Positions 35,767 to 47,900 of a stretch of DNA of 64,000 nucleotides are shown in pieces; the first letter of the stretch is position 1, and the number at the start of each line of letters is the position of its first letter. The position numbers and the translations under genes are program-made. The notes beneath the pieces are model-generated. The model saw only the letters and a list, made by a program, of their open reading frames with translations. It had not been told where the DNA came from and did not search any database. The DNA comes from Camelus ferus (Eukaryota): contig NC_045707.1 of the NCBI RefSeq assembly GCF_009834535.1, positions 64,420,001 to 64,484,000 of the forward strand, in the 5' to 3' direction.

Positions 35767-38700
35767 TTTGCAACTTTGCATTGCCAGGGGGGAAGGCCAA
35801 GGGAGGGAACATTAGGGAAAAAAGGAAGTGAGCTCAAAATGTTTTTACTTGGTTTTTTAAAAAATTGGGCTTTAGGGGAAAGGGTTATACCCAAGGATTA
35901 AAAACACACCCACAAAACGGGTCTAAAGATGGATCAAGCCCCATGACCTTAATGTTGTTGGATTTATGCTCTCATCAGCCAACAAATTAAGAGATGAGAG
36001 GCCATTTCCATCAGTTATGGTCACGTGAATTCAGTGCCTTTTCCTGTAGTGGCAATTTACTAAAGGCCAAAAGAGCATCTTAAACTGCTTTTTTTTCCCA
36101 GAGACTACTTATTGGCAGTGCTGCCGTGGTATTGATGGAGAGAGTCACTGAACTTCCTTCGTCTGTGTTCATCCAGGTCGTCCCTGGGAGGAGGGAGGAG
36201 CTGTTTTTATAAATGTGAACCAAGAGAACAGAGGCCCCCACGCTTGCCATCTAATTGCAGAATCCTGGCACCTCTTGCTTTATCCTCGGCTGCTTCCCCA
36301 CCATGTGTCTGACACCAGAGACATGAAATTATGAATAAATGAAAAATTGGCTCAGCCTCTGTAGTGCATGACACATGCTTTTCATGAACATGAAAATTCA
36401 TTTTTTTTAATTTGGGAGAAAATTAAACCTAGGTTCTGGCATTAATTTCCACATGTCTCCCTCCTGGCAGCGTGAGTTGTTTATTTCTATGATGTAGAAA
36501 TGTGTGTTTTGCAAACGCCGTCCATTTTCTAAGGAAATGTTTGCTGTCTTTCCCACCCCCTTGTATGGATACCAGTTGGTTATTCAAGTCTGTTCGAGTT
36601 TTCCGCCACCTTCTGGGTTCCCTGTGCTCCAGGTTAGGTGAAATTGTCACCTCTTCAGTGCAGCCTTTTCTTTGTATTTCCTGCAATGCCCCAGGACTGT
36701 GCCTTGTATGCAGTGATGCTCAGTGAGTGCTGATTCAACAAGTGAGAGCCTTCTGGAATGTTAAGATTGGTTCTTCCGTCAGTATTTGGAATTCTACACA
36801 TGAACCACAGAAATCAGATACATCAACAAATATTTCACTCACTTAATGAATATGTGGATTTCTCCCTTCCCGTTCTCCCCCACCAACTATGCTCCAGCCT
36901 CACTGGCCGTCATGATGATTCTAAGTATGCCAACCTTATTCTTCGGTCAGGATCAAGGCACTAGAAGACGTGATGATCGCTTTCGACATATTCTGCATTT
37001 ATATGAGCAGTTCTCACAGATACTGAAACATCTCTTGAAAGATGGACATCTCCTTCCTTGGGGGACACAGTCCTGCGTGAATAACACCTGCTATCTTCCG
37101 TCATCAGTCTTTTTGAACTGACATTTACTTTGGAGCTGTTAAAGAAAAATCTTTTCTGAGACTTGTTTCGGTGATCAGGAATTGGGGACTGTTGGGATGG
37201 GTGGCAAGATGGTTACAGGAGGGGAAGAAACCGGACTCAACTCCGAATACAACCAAGACAGCTGGGCCTGTCTAGAGTTTTGTCAGGAGCCACTGTCAGT
37301 GTGTTCTTGCCCCACTGTGCTCCAGCACAATAGAACAGAGTGGTGTCTAATGGTTGTTTGGGGGCAGGTCATCCATCGTGGTGTAAATCACACATGTCAA
37401 GCACTGTTGCTGACATATACATGCAGGTCCTCACTCGCCCCAAGTCTGGGCTGCAGCCAGTTTGCTTCCATAGAAGTTGTTTCATTTCTCCCTGTTATTT
37501 CAAGCTATCTTTAATATTCTTCACTCCAAATATAAATATCCCTTTTTATTCTTGTTTAACTGGTTGCTTATGTTTTCAAAACATAGTTCCTCTTTGTTCG
37601 CATGCCACAGGTTAGGTTGTCATAGTTGGAGAACTTCCCTTCATAGATGTAGTTAGACTGAATATCTTCAAGCAGTGCTGTGATGTAGAAAGTGTACACA
37701 TTGGTATTATTGGACTATTTGATTCTAATGCCACTGCACCAACGAGTCTGACAGGAAGCAAAACGTTTAGAGGCAATGCGCACGCTCAGCCATCCTCTCT
37801 CTCCAAGTCTCCGTACTCCGTTTTCTCCAAGGCTCCGCCCAGTCAGTTAAGGGCACACTCCATCCTATGCCCTTAATTGACCTTCCCCTTCCCTTTCGAA
37901 CTGCCTTTTCTCTAAAACTCTCTTCTGAGATCAGAAAGAGGAGAAGACCTGAAGTTTCCTACCGGGGAGTGATGACGCAAAGGTCTACATCTTACAAGAC
38001 ATTGCATGCTGTAGTAGTCATCTCAAGAAATGCGAAATAAATTGAAGTGAAATTTTTGAGCAGCTGGAGTTATCACAGCTCGTTGGCAACATCTACTCAG
38101 ATTATGACCCTATTTGTGACCCTGACCATAAATGCATCACAAAAAGTGTTGAAAAATACTTTTCAAAAAATACTGGCCAATGCCAGTTTTTTTCCCACTT
38201 ATTCTTTATCTTATTTCATGCTTCCATTTCTCTGGAGTACTGTGAGCTCCTTGAAGTCAGGGTTCATGCGTCTTCACTTCTGTGTCCACTTCACAAGTGG
38301 AATCTTGCTCAATATATGTTTGTAGAATTAAATCAAGTTACAAGCTTAGAGAAGGTCCTAGCACATCTCGCATTCAAAAGTAGGGAAGAGAAAATAACGT
38401 AAAATTGGTCTTGATTTTACCAATCAGATCAATGCAGTATTTTTATTGTTTGTGTTATTATTATTTAAATTTCCTGAAAATAGCTTTAATACAGATATTT
38501 TAAATTCATTTAATATCTATTATTTTGTGGGTGATTCAATATAGATTCTTGGTAGAGTATTCCATAAGGTAAAATGAAACAGGCCTTTCAAGGCAATGTG
38601 AGAGCTATGAAGCAACTATAATTCAAATCAGTGTAAGATGTAAGTAGAGAAACTCCAAAATCTTAAATTATATCAGCCCCATTGTGCATCACTCCCTTCC

Positions 38701-39209
38701 AGATTATCGGTTAGTCTTCTTCTGTAACTACTTATTTACAAATAATTTCAGACTTCCTGTAAAGGGGGAGAATAATGCTCTCACACATCCTTCACTCAGT
38801 TTCCCCTGTTGTTAATATTTTATATTGGCTTTATCATTCTTCTTCCATTTCTCTCTCCCTCTTTTTCTTGTCTTCCTCTCTTCTCTCCCTTTCCCTCTCC
38901 TTTCTTTTTCTAGGTAGGTAGATAGAGATGAATGGACATATAGAGGTGTGTGTGTATTAAATATATCCCTTTTGACAAATCTATCTCTTGAAATACACAT
39001 ATTTCGTTCTTAGAGGGTTGAGTGCTGTAGGAAGAGCCTGGCCTCCTTTAAATCAGTCTGGCATTGGAACTAGCATTTCCTTTTTCCGTCTCAGCCTTTC
39101 CTCAGCCTGGTGAGCATCACTGGGTACCAAATCGTAGAAGAGTGATGTCTGGTGCTCATTTCTTGATCAAGTAATTCATCATGGTTTAAATTGTAGATGT
39201 CAACTTTAA

Positions 39210-39420
39210 AATATGGTAAAATTTTTGGAATGATTTGAGAATATACTGCAGACATGTTGAGCTTTTAACCCAAAATACTTCAGTATATGGTCTCTAAGAA
39301 CAAGAGCATTGTCTCTCTTAATCATAGAATAACTATTAAAAGCAGGAAAATAACATTGATACTATTACCTAATATACATGCCTTATTTGTTGCCAAATGG
39401 CACTATAGTGTTCTTTATAG
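39210..39420 (-). mobile_element. Old L1 3' UTR fragment (L1MC-like)
   Basis: 'tgcagacatg...aaatacttcagtatatggtctctaagaacaagagcattgtctctcttaatcatag'. Confidence 0.6.
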
Positions 39421-39427
39421 CAAAACA

Positions 39428-39494
39428 AAGAAAGGAAGGAAGGGAGGAAGGGAGGGAGGAAGGGAGGGAGGAAGGGAGGAAGAGAGAAAGGGAA
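39428..39494. repeat. Polypurine (GGAA/GGGA)n tract
   Basis: Directly visible. Confidence 0.95.
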
Positions 39495-42164
39495 TCTTCA
39501 GACTTGTGATTTTTTAAAATTGTTTTCCTTGGAAAACTAAAGCAGAGGGTCTACAAATCTTTCAGTTTGCTTCACATTTCATATACTTTAAGCTCTGTAA
39601 ATAAATTTTAAACTATTTTTAAAGACAAGTATGTATGCTAAATTTTGACACATTGCAGCCCACAAATACATTGAGATGTGCTGCTGGCTGGACTCATTTT
39701 TGTGTAGACCTTAAGGTTTCTCCTGCTACCTCTATTGAACTGAAAAATGCCCCAGCATCCATTCATTTACTCATCCACCCGTGAATCAGTACTAGTAGTG
39801 TTGAGGTTCTGCTGTAGCCCTGTTCTGGACGAGGTAAGCTGTTAGACTGTGATCTTTCATTGCTACTTCATCTATGAGTATTTCAGAATCCATAGAAATA
39901 CACCGAAGCTGAGGCTGATAAATGTTACAGCTGTCCGTCATCCTTGGTTTCAAATCAAATATCTTCATCAATTTCTTGATTGATTTTGTAAAGATCAAAT
40001 GTTAGAACTTAGAAGCTGGAACACAGTTTTTTATTTTAATGTATTTTAAAACTAAATATTACTCTTACCTTTTTATTTTGAGGGTTTCCATGTGCATTTA
40101 TATGCAAAAAGGGATTCTGTTTCTGATAATGTTTCAAAATAACTTGTCTAGACCTGAATGGTTTCTGAATGTTTTTTGGTCAGACACCCATAAATTTCAA
40201 AAATGATTATATTCCCTAATGTATGTATGTATGTTATTTATTAGTAAGTATATACTAGTGTAATTGTGCTTTATTCCCTGATGTATGTATGCTGGCTTAT
40301 TTATATAATAAGTATGTGCTAGTGTACTAGTATTTTATGTACATTATAAAATTTACCCAAAAAAGAAAATTCTAAAGAACTAAGTAAAAATGAATATAAA
40401 TAAAATTTTAATAATTTTTTCCTTGACTCTTTAGGATCATCTTGTTGATCCAGTCAACTCCTTCAGACCCCTTGTGAGTCCTTGTACCACACCTTTCAGT
40501 TCTTCAGGGCTGAACTCTTCCGGTTTATTACCTATTCTTGGCTATGGTTTTATGGTGATGACTACTATTACAGTATACAAACCTGTTTAAAGGTCATTTT
40601 TCCTGAGGAATGCTTATTCATTTTCGCACTTGTCTATCACCTCTCTAAAGGTCACTTTTCCTAGGATGTGCTTGTCCATTTCATACTTGTTTATAAATAT
40701 ATGTGCACTACAGCATGACTGTCTCATTTTTACTTGTCATAAAATTTCAGATAAGCAGCTTCAGAAAACATTTGTGCTAGAGATAAAGAATGATAAAGAG
40801 GTGACTGAGCAGAAAACCATTTTACCACAAGCAATACCACCCCCCTCATGCACCTCAAGAATGATTTAACTCAGGAAAGAGCATTTCTTTTAAATTAGCA
40901 ATAATTTCACGTTCAGTGCAATACATGATAAGGAGAGCAGGAAGAAACAGGTAAAATCTACACGTGTGTCTGTCAAACAATTGTAAAATTGTTTCAGCCA
41001 TAGCACTTGAAAGGTAACTAGATTTTGAGATCTCTGAGGGCAGGGCTAGTGTTCATTTTTATGTGTCCTAATGTGCTTTTGCAAAAACAGGACCTTAAGT
41101 GTTTGTTGAATGAATGTCAGTGGATTAATGAATGATCCTGTTTTCCCAGCTTTAATGCCAGTCATTTTGGTCAAAATTAACAACCTGAATTGCTTAGCAC
41201 ATACAAATTGCTTGAAGTTCTATGTTCTCTTTGAAGTCTTAATTTTCATGGTGCTGAATCTGCCCCCCTCCATAGTTCAATATGTTTGTATTTCCTTCAA
41301 ACTCCTATGTTAATGGCAAACTAAATTATGAGAGTCTGACTTCTGGCATTTTTGAATCATTTTGTGATGAGGTTCTGTACTACACTTTCGGTTATCTTTC
41401 TTCTGCGTTAGGTTCATTGAACTCCTTGCATATGTGGTTATAAGATTTTCATTAAATTTGGAAAATTTTCATCTATTATTTCTTTAAGTATTTTTTCTGA
41501 TTGTCCCCTCCCTTCAGGGACTCCATTTACATGCATATCAAACCACTTAAGGTTGTCCCACAACTGAGGCTCTATTCATTTTTTTTCAGTCTTTTTTCTG
41601 TGTGTTTCATTTTGAATCGTTTCTATTGCTGTAATAATAATAATCTGTAATCTCTAATCTCACTAATCTCTTCTTCTGTTGGTCTAATCTGCTTTTAATC
41701 CTATTCTCTGTATTTTTTATCCTAGACACTGTAGTTTTCTCTGTAGAAGTGAAACTTAGGTCTTTATTATATCTTCAGTATTTGTCCTTAGAATACTCAT
41801 ACTCTCCTGTACCTCGTTGAGCGTATGCAGTGTCGTTGTTGTAACTCTTTTAATGCCCTTGTCTACTAATTAAATCATCTGTCATTTTCGGATGTTTCTG
41901 TTTTTTAGCTTTTTCTCTGCAACATGGGTTGTATTTTGCATACTTTGCAAAATTTTTATTGGAATCCAGACATTGGGAATTTTAACTTGTTGAGTGCTGG
42001 GTAATTTTTTATTCCTTAAATATTTTGAGCTTTGTTAAGTTTCTTTGTTAAATTTCCAAATAGTAAAGTTACTTATGAAATGTTTGATTCTTTCAAGAAT
42101 TGCTTTCAAATCTTTGTTGATTCTTTCAAGATTTTGTTAAGTAGGAGCAATGTTTAATCTGAGG

Positions 42165-43160
42165 CAGGAGTCATCAAACTATAGCCTGCCGGCCAAGTAC
42201 AACCCACTGTCTGCTTTTGTATGTCTTGAAGCCACCACTCAAATACCATGAGCCACAAAGTCAAAACTGGGACATCCCTCTCCATACCCAGAGCCTGTCA
42301 CTTCTGGTGGCCATGCCTCACTGCTGTTCAGGCCTTGCCTGGGACACCACTTTCAAGTTGGAGACCTCACTGTTGGCAACCTTGAAGTATCAAGTGATAG
42401 AATTTCAGTTTGGGAATCAATAACTTAGCAAGTCACTCCCCTCCAGCAAGCTGCCCATGATAAGATGGTCTTATGGAGAGCCAGGCACAATAGAACCTGG
42501 GTGTCACTGGGCACAGAGTGAAATTCACCAAGGTAATGACCTGTCTTAGTCAGTTTGGGCTACTGTAATAAATACCATAGACTGAGTAGTTTAAACAAGA
42601 AATATATATTTCTCATGGTTCTGGAAGCTAGGAAATCCAAGATCAAGGTGCCAGCCAGGTCATTTCCTGGTTCCTGATGAGAATTCTTTTGTAGAAGGAT
42701 GTCTTCATGCTGGGGCGGCCTCACGAGAGGGCAGCAAGTCCTCTGGTTTCTTGTCGTAAGAGCACTCATTTCTTCATAGGGGCTCTACCCTCATGACCTC
42801 ATCTAAATCTAATTACTTCCCAAAGGCCCCACCTCCTAAAATCATCTCATTGGGGTGCTAAGGTTTTAACGTTACGAATTGAGTGAGGGCGGTGCACACA
42901 TGTTCAGTCCATAACACTGCGTACTAGCTTGACCTTTCCTCTCAGGCTAGTGCATTCATTCTAAGAATGTCTCCGCAGATGACAGACATAAAGCATTCCT
43001 ACCACATGGGGTGGCCCATTGCAGTCACATGGGGAGTGGGGTGAGAGTCTTCTCCCTCGTCATGTGAGTGTCTACCGAATGTATTTAATTTTGCCTCTTC
43101 GCCTATAAAGCTTAAAATATTTACTATATGACCCTTCATAGGAAAAGTTTGTGGACCTTG
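42165..43160 (+). mobile_element. MER58-ended hAT-Charlie element
   Basis: 5' 'caggagtcatcaaactatagcctgccggccaag' and 3' 'aaaatatttactatatgacccttcataggaaaagtttgtggaccttg'. TSD atctgagg / atc-gagg. Confidence 0.8.
42542..42916 (-). mobile_element. MaLR solo LTR (MLT1A0-like)
   Basis: tgtcttagtcagtttgggctactgtaataaataccatagactg...cttcccaaaggccccacctcc...ttcagtccataaca. Confidence 0.9.
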
Positions 43161-44271
43161 ATCGAGGATTTAACCTTGCCCCACTACTGAGGCAGTACCA
43201 TTCTCAATGCTCCATCAAGTACCCTGTGTATTATGAGGCTTTGACACTCTGGCTGGTGGAAACAGGAACTATTCCCAGCTCTGTGTGAGCCCTGTTCCTC
43301 CCGTTCCTTTCTGGTGGTTTTGTTTTTTTGTTTTGTTTTTTGTTTTGTTTTTTGTTTGTTTGTTTTTTTCGCCCCTCTGCCTCAGGAAGTCTCCTCCCAT
43401 CTGTATGCTAATTAAGACTTAGCTGAATATTCGAGCTGGACTGATCTCTGGAACAGTCTCTCTAGGCAGCTCTCTCCTTTCCATGCAGCTTCTGTTCTCT
43501 GCTATCCTACCCTGCAGTTCTAGCCTCCTTCCTCTTCCTAAATTCTGAACTCGGAGATACGTCTGGGATCCATTCAGATTGTCCTCTGTCCAGGCAGAAA
43601 TCTGCAGAACTGGTAAGACTCCGCCCATTTGGTTCCTCCTCTCAGGGATCATTGTCTTGTGCTACCTGGTGTCCAGTGTCTGAAAACTTGCTTCATATAT
43701 TTGTCTGGTTCTATATTTGTTTCAGGCAGGAGGATAAATCAATCCCTGTCATGTCGTGACGCCTGAAGGTGTGGTTTCTGACATCTCAAATTTGAAGAAT
43801 TAAAATATCCATGGGATTTAAAATTTTTATCAGTTAAATTGAATAAGATAGGAAATGGATTTTTGATAGGGAAATTTCTAATAGGTTTAAATACTATTTT
43901 GGCAAGAAGTAAAATCTCCACCTTGAGACAAGCTGGGTTTTCAGAAGGTTTCCCAAAGCTTGTGGTGGGTCAATAGTGAAATTATCCTTTGTCTTTTGGA
44001 AGGCTTTGCCAAGAGGGTATACTCTTTATTTAATTCTAAGGTTTTCTCTTATACTTTGGATGTCAACATTTTGGAAGGAAAATGAGTCAAAGATACGGCA
44101 CTCATTAGCTAATGCCATGAACAGGATGATGATTTATGTGCTTGAGCAAAAAGATGAAAAGCTTGGTTCCCACTCCATATTTTTAAAATTTAAGACATCA
44201 CATATTATAGCAAAAGAGATATTGGCAAAAGCAATGGTTCTCAACCCTCATTTGGAGATAATCCAAAGTTA

Positions 44272-46205
44272 TTATATACCATGATCCAGTGGGATTTATT
44301 CCAGGGATGCAAGGATTGCTCAACATCCACACATCAGTCAGTGTGATATACAACGTTAACAAAATGAAAGGTAAAAATAATATTATAATCTCAATAGATG
44401 CAGAAAAGCATTTGACAAAATTCAACAACCATTTATGATAGAAATTCTCAGCAAAACAGGTATATAGGGAACATACTTCAACATAACAAAGGTCACAAAT
44501 GGCAAGCCTGCATTTAACATCATACTCAATGATATAAAGCTGGAAGCTTTTCTCTAAGATCAGGGGGAGGCTATAGCTCAGGTGTAGAGTGCATGTTTAG
44601 CAAGCATAACGTCCTGGGTTCAATCCCCAGTGCCTCCATTAAAAAAAATAAATAAACCTATTTACCACCGAAAATTAGTAAAAAATTAATTAAGTTCAAT
44701 CTCTAAGATCAGAAACAAGGACATCCACTCTCACCACTTTTATTCAACATGGTATTGAAAATCCTGGCCAAAGCAATTCGGCAAGAACGAGATAAAAGGC
44801 ATCTAGATTGTAAAGGAAGAAGTAAAACTCACTATTTGCAAATGGCATGATATTATATATAGAAAACCCTAAAAACTCCGTCAAAAAACTGTTAAAACTA
44901 ATAAACAAACTCAGTAAAGTTTCAGGATACAAAATCAATACACAAAAATCTGTTACATTTCTTAGCACTAATAATGAACTATCAGAAAGACAAATTAAGA
45001 AAGTAGTCCAACTCACAATTGCATCAAAAAGAATAAAATACCTAGGAATAAATTTCAACAGGAGGTTTAAAGTCTGTATAATGAAAACTATAACACATTA
45101 ATGAAAGAAATTGAAGAAGACACAAATAAATGGAAATATATTTCATATTCATGGATTAGAAAAATTAATATTGTTAAAATATCCATACCACCCAAAGCAA
45201 TGTTCAGACTCAGTGCAATCCCTATCATAGGTCTTGGTCATGATTTTTTTTAATCTGACACTAAAAGCAAAAGCAACAAGAGCAAAAATAAACAAGTGGG
45301 ACTACATCGAACTAAAAAGCTTCTGCACAGCAAAGGAAGCCATCAACAAAATAAAAAGGCAGCCTACTGAATGGGAAGAAATAATTGCAAATCATGTATC
45401 TAATATGGGGCTAATATTCAAAAGGTACAAAGAATTCATACAATTCAATAGCAAAAAAAAATCTGATTGAAAAATGTGCAGAAGATCTGAATAGACATTT
45501 TTCCAAAGAAGACATACAGGTACTCAACATCACTAATCATCAGGGAAATGCAAATCAAAACCACAATGAGATATCCCCCACATCCGTCAGAATGGCTGTT
45601 ACCAAAAAGACAAGAAACAACAAGTGTTGGCGAGGATGTGGAGAAAAGGTAACCCTCATACACTGTTGGTGGGGATGTAAATTGGTGTAGCCACTGTGGA
45701 AAGCAGTACGGAGGTTCCACAAAAAATTAAAAATAGAACTACGATATGATACACCAATTACACTTCTGAGTATTTACCTGATGAAAATGAAAACACTAGT
45801 ATGAAAAGATGTATGCAGCCCCATGTTTGTTGCAGCATTGTTTACAATAGCCAAGACATGGAAGCAAACTCAGCGAATATCAGTGGTTGAATGGATAAAG
45901 AAATTGTAGTGTGTATATATATTACTCAGCCATAAACAAGAATGAAATCTTACCATTTGCAACAACATGGATGGATCTCGAGGGCATTATGCTAAGTGGA
46001 ATAAGTCAATTAGAGAAAGACAAAATACTCTGTGATCTCTCTTATGTACGAAACCTAAAAAAAAAAAAAAATCCTCAAAAAACACAAAGCTCATAGATAC
46101 AGAGAACAGATTGATGGTTGCTAGAGGTGGGAGGTAGGGTGGAAAATGTGGGTGAACTGTGTGTGTGGGGGGGCTGTTTAGTTTAAGTAAACTGAATAAT
46201 TTTTA
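44272..46205 (+). mobile_element. 5'-truncated L1 (RT domain to 3' end), degenerate, with an internal deletion and a SINE insertion
   Basis: HDPVGFIPGMQG at the start, ISIDAEKAFDKIQ, a decayed FADD motif ([14 protein letters not shown], ~44832), C-terminal PFATTWMDLEGIMLS, and 3' UTR. Confidence 0.95.
44564..44699 (+). mobile_element. tRNA-derived camelid SINE (Vic-1 type) inserted in L1
   Basis: ggggaggctatagctcaggtgtagagtgcatg...gtcctgggttcaatccccag. Perfect TSD tctctaagatcag at 44551-44563 and 44700-44712. Confidence 0.95.
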
Positions 46206-47261
46206 AGTGCAGCAAATTATATCGAAGAATGTGCTGAAGTCCTTTCCCCAAGATTCTAAAATTCATTCGATACCCAAGAATTGAGTTTCAGAAAGAACAT
46301 TAAATAATCAAGCAATGGACCTAGAGGTTGAGTTTATAGATCCAGAAAGCAGGGGGTACAAATTTCTCATTGCTTGAACTATTCAATGACATTTTTAATC
46401 TGTCCGTGAGCTATGAAAATGGAAATGCATCTGCGATAAAAATGGAAAAGCCATTTAGCTCTAGTTTCAGCCATGAGAAAAGCACTTTCTGAAGCATGTG
46501 CTTTTTCTTACCCCTAAGATGATGTCGTTTGGACAGATGCACACCCTGAACGGCTTCTCAGGCTGCCAGCTCAGCTCGCTGTGATAGACTGCCAAGAGAA
46601 AGAAAGCTTTTCTTCTTGTCATTAATAGTTAATTGTTACTGCAGTGTCTCTGATGGAAGATGTGGGTTAGGGAAGTCATATCTATCCTTTCTAAAAGTGC
46701 TGTGATATTATTAGAGGTGATCCCGCGGCAGAAAATAAACCTATTCCTTGGAGGATTAAATGGAGTGGTCCTATGGATTTCTCTGTCTTCTCTCCTTTGG
46801 AGCACTTGAGAGAGTCACTCACTGTCATAAGTAGTCCCCCTGGGGTAGTAAGTCAGTGTTAATGTTTCATGAAAGCTCTCGTGTTCTGGAATGATCTGGA
46901 TTGATGCATCACTGGGATTCGTCTTTTTGGGGGCAACATGGATGCCCATCGTAATGCTTCGCGTATTACTAAAGTGTTTCTTTCACCTGCTGTATTGCAA
47001 GGGTCTCTTGTGCAACTATATTGGCATTTGAACAGCATTTTGCAATACTCTGAGCTCATTCTTCTAATCTAACCCCTCCGAGGTTTTGTGGCTTCCCTAA
47101 TTGGGGAGAAGACTAGAAGAAAAGGTGACAAAAAGAGGTCAACTGGTGAAGAGAAAAAGCAGAATTTTAAACTATCTTTAAAACATGGCAGAAAGAGATC
47201 GCTTTGAAAGTCCCTACCAACTGAACAGTGTATCTTATAAGGGATTCTTTTTTTTTTTTTG

Positions 47262-47360
47262 ATGTGAAATACCTTTTAATATTTTTCAGACTGGTTAACA
47301 TAATGCTTTTGATATATGGGCTAAATAAAACATATTATTAAAATTGGTTTTACCTATTTT
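47262..47360. mobile_element. MER3-like hAT fragment
   Basis: 'tttgatatatgggctaaataaaacatattattaaaattggttttacct'. Confidence 0.5.
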
Positions 47361-47361
47361 A

Positions 47362-47496
47362 CATTTTTATTTTTAAATTTTAAAATTTTTCGATTGAAGT
47401 CGGTTTACAGTGTGTTGATTTCTGGTATACAGCATAGTGATTCAGTTATAGATATATAGATCTATAACTGAATATATATATATATTCCTTTTCATT
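47362..47496 (-). mobile_element. Short L1 3' end (artiodactyl type)
   Basis: T-rich tail, then 'attgaagtcggtttacagtgtgttgatttctggtatacagcatagtgattcagttata'. Confidence 0.85.
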
Positions 47497-47689
47497 AAGG
47501 AATGCTTGACTAAAGTAAAGGGAGCTGAAAAACCGAAATGATGTAATATCTAAAAGCAGGAAAATCTTGATGTAGATAATAGTCAATACTAAATAAAACC
47601 ATTGGAATTTTACTGTATTGGCTGCTTTGGAATTAGGCAGTCAGGTGAAAAAAAAATCAGATGAAGTCTTTACAGAGCAATGCAATGGA

Positions 47690-47900
47690 TAATGCAGTTC
47701 AGCAGAGTTGGGCCTTATGGCCACTGCTTATAGCTGTTTGACCTTGGGCAAATCGTTGACTTCTCTGCTCTTCATCTGTAGTTTCCTCATTGTCAGAGTA
47801 GACATGATAATGGAACCCCTACTGCATGGGGATGTTGAAAAAACCCAGTGAACTTGTACACGCAAAGGGTTCCATAAATACTGATGCTGTTATTAATAAT
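47690..47900 (+). mobile_element. MIR SINE
   Basis: 'agctgtttgaccttgggcaaatcgttgacttctctg...gtttcctcatt'. Confidence 0.75.

Larger units (their letters stand above)
41370..43770 (-). mobile_element. Ancient L1/HAL1-type ORF1 and 5' region, interrupted by nested elements
   Basis: Antisense ORF1 motif 'tttggaaaattttcatctattatttctttaagtattttttctg...gggactccatttacatg'. The sequence continues past the insertion as 'gccccactactgaggcagtacc'. Confidence 0.65.

Noticed and set aside
37160..37270. Possible LTR fragment ('ccggactcaactccgaatacaacc')
   Set aside because: The resemblance to old LTRs is too short to set boundaries or a family without a database search.
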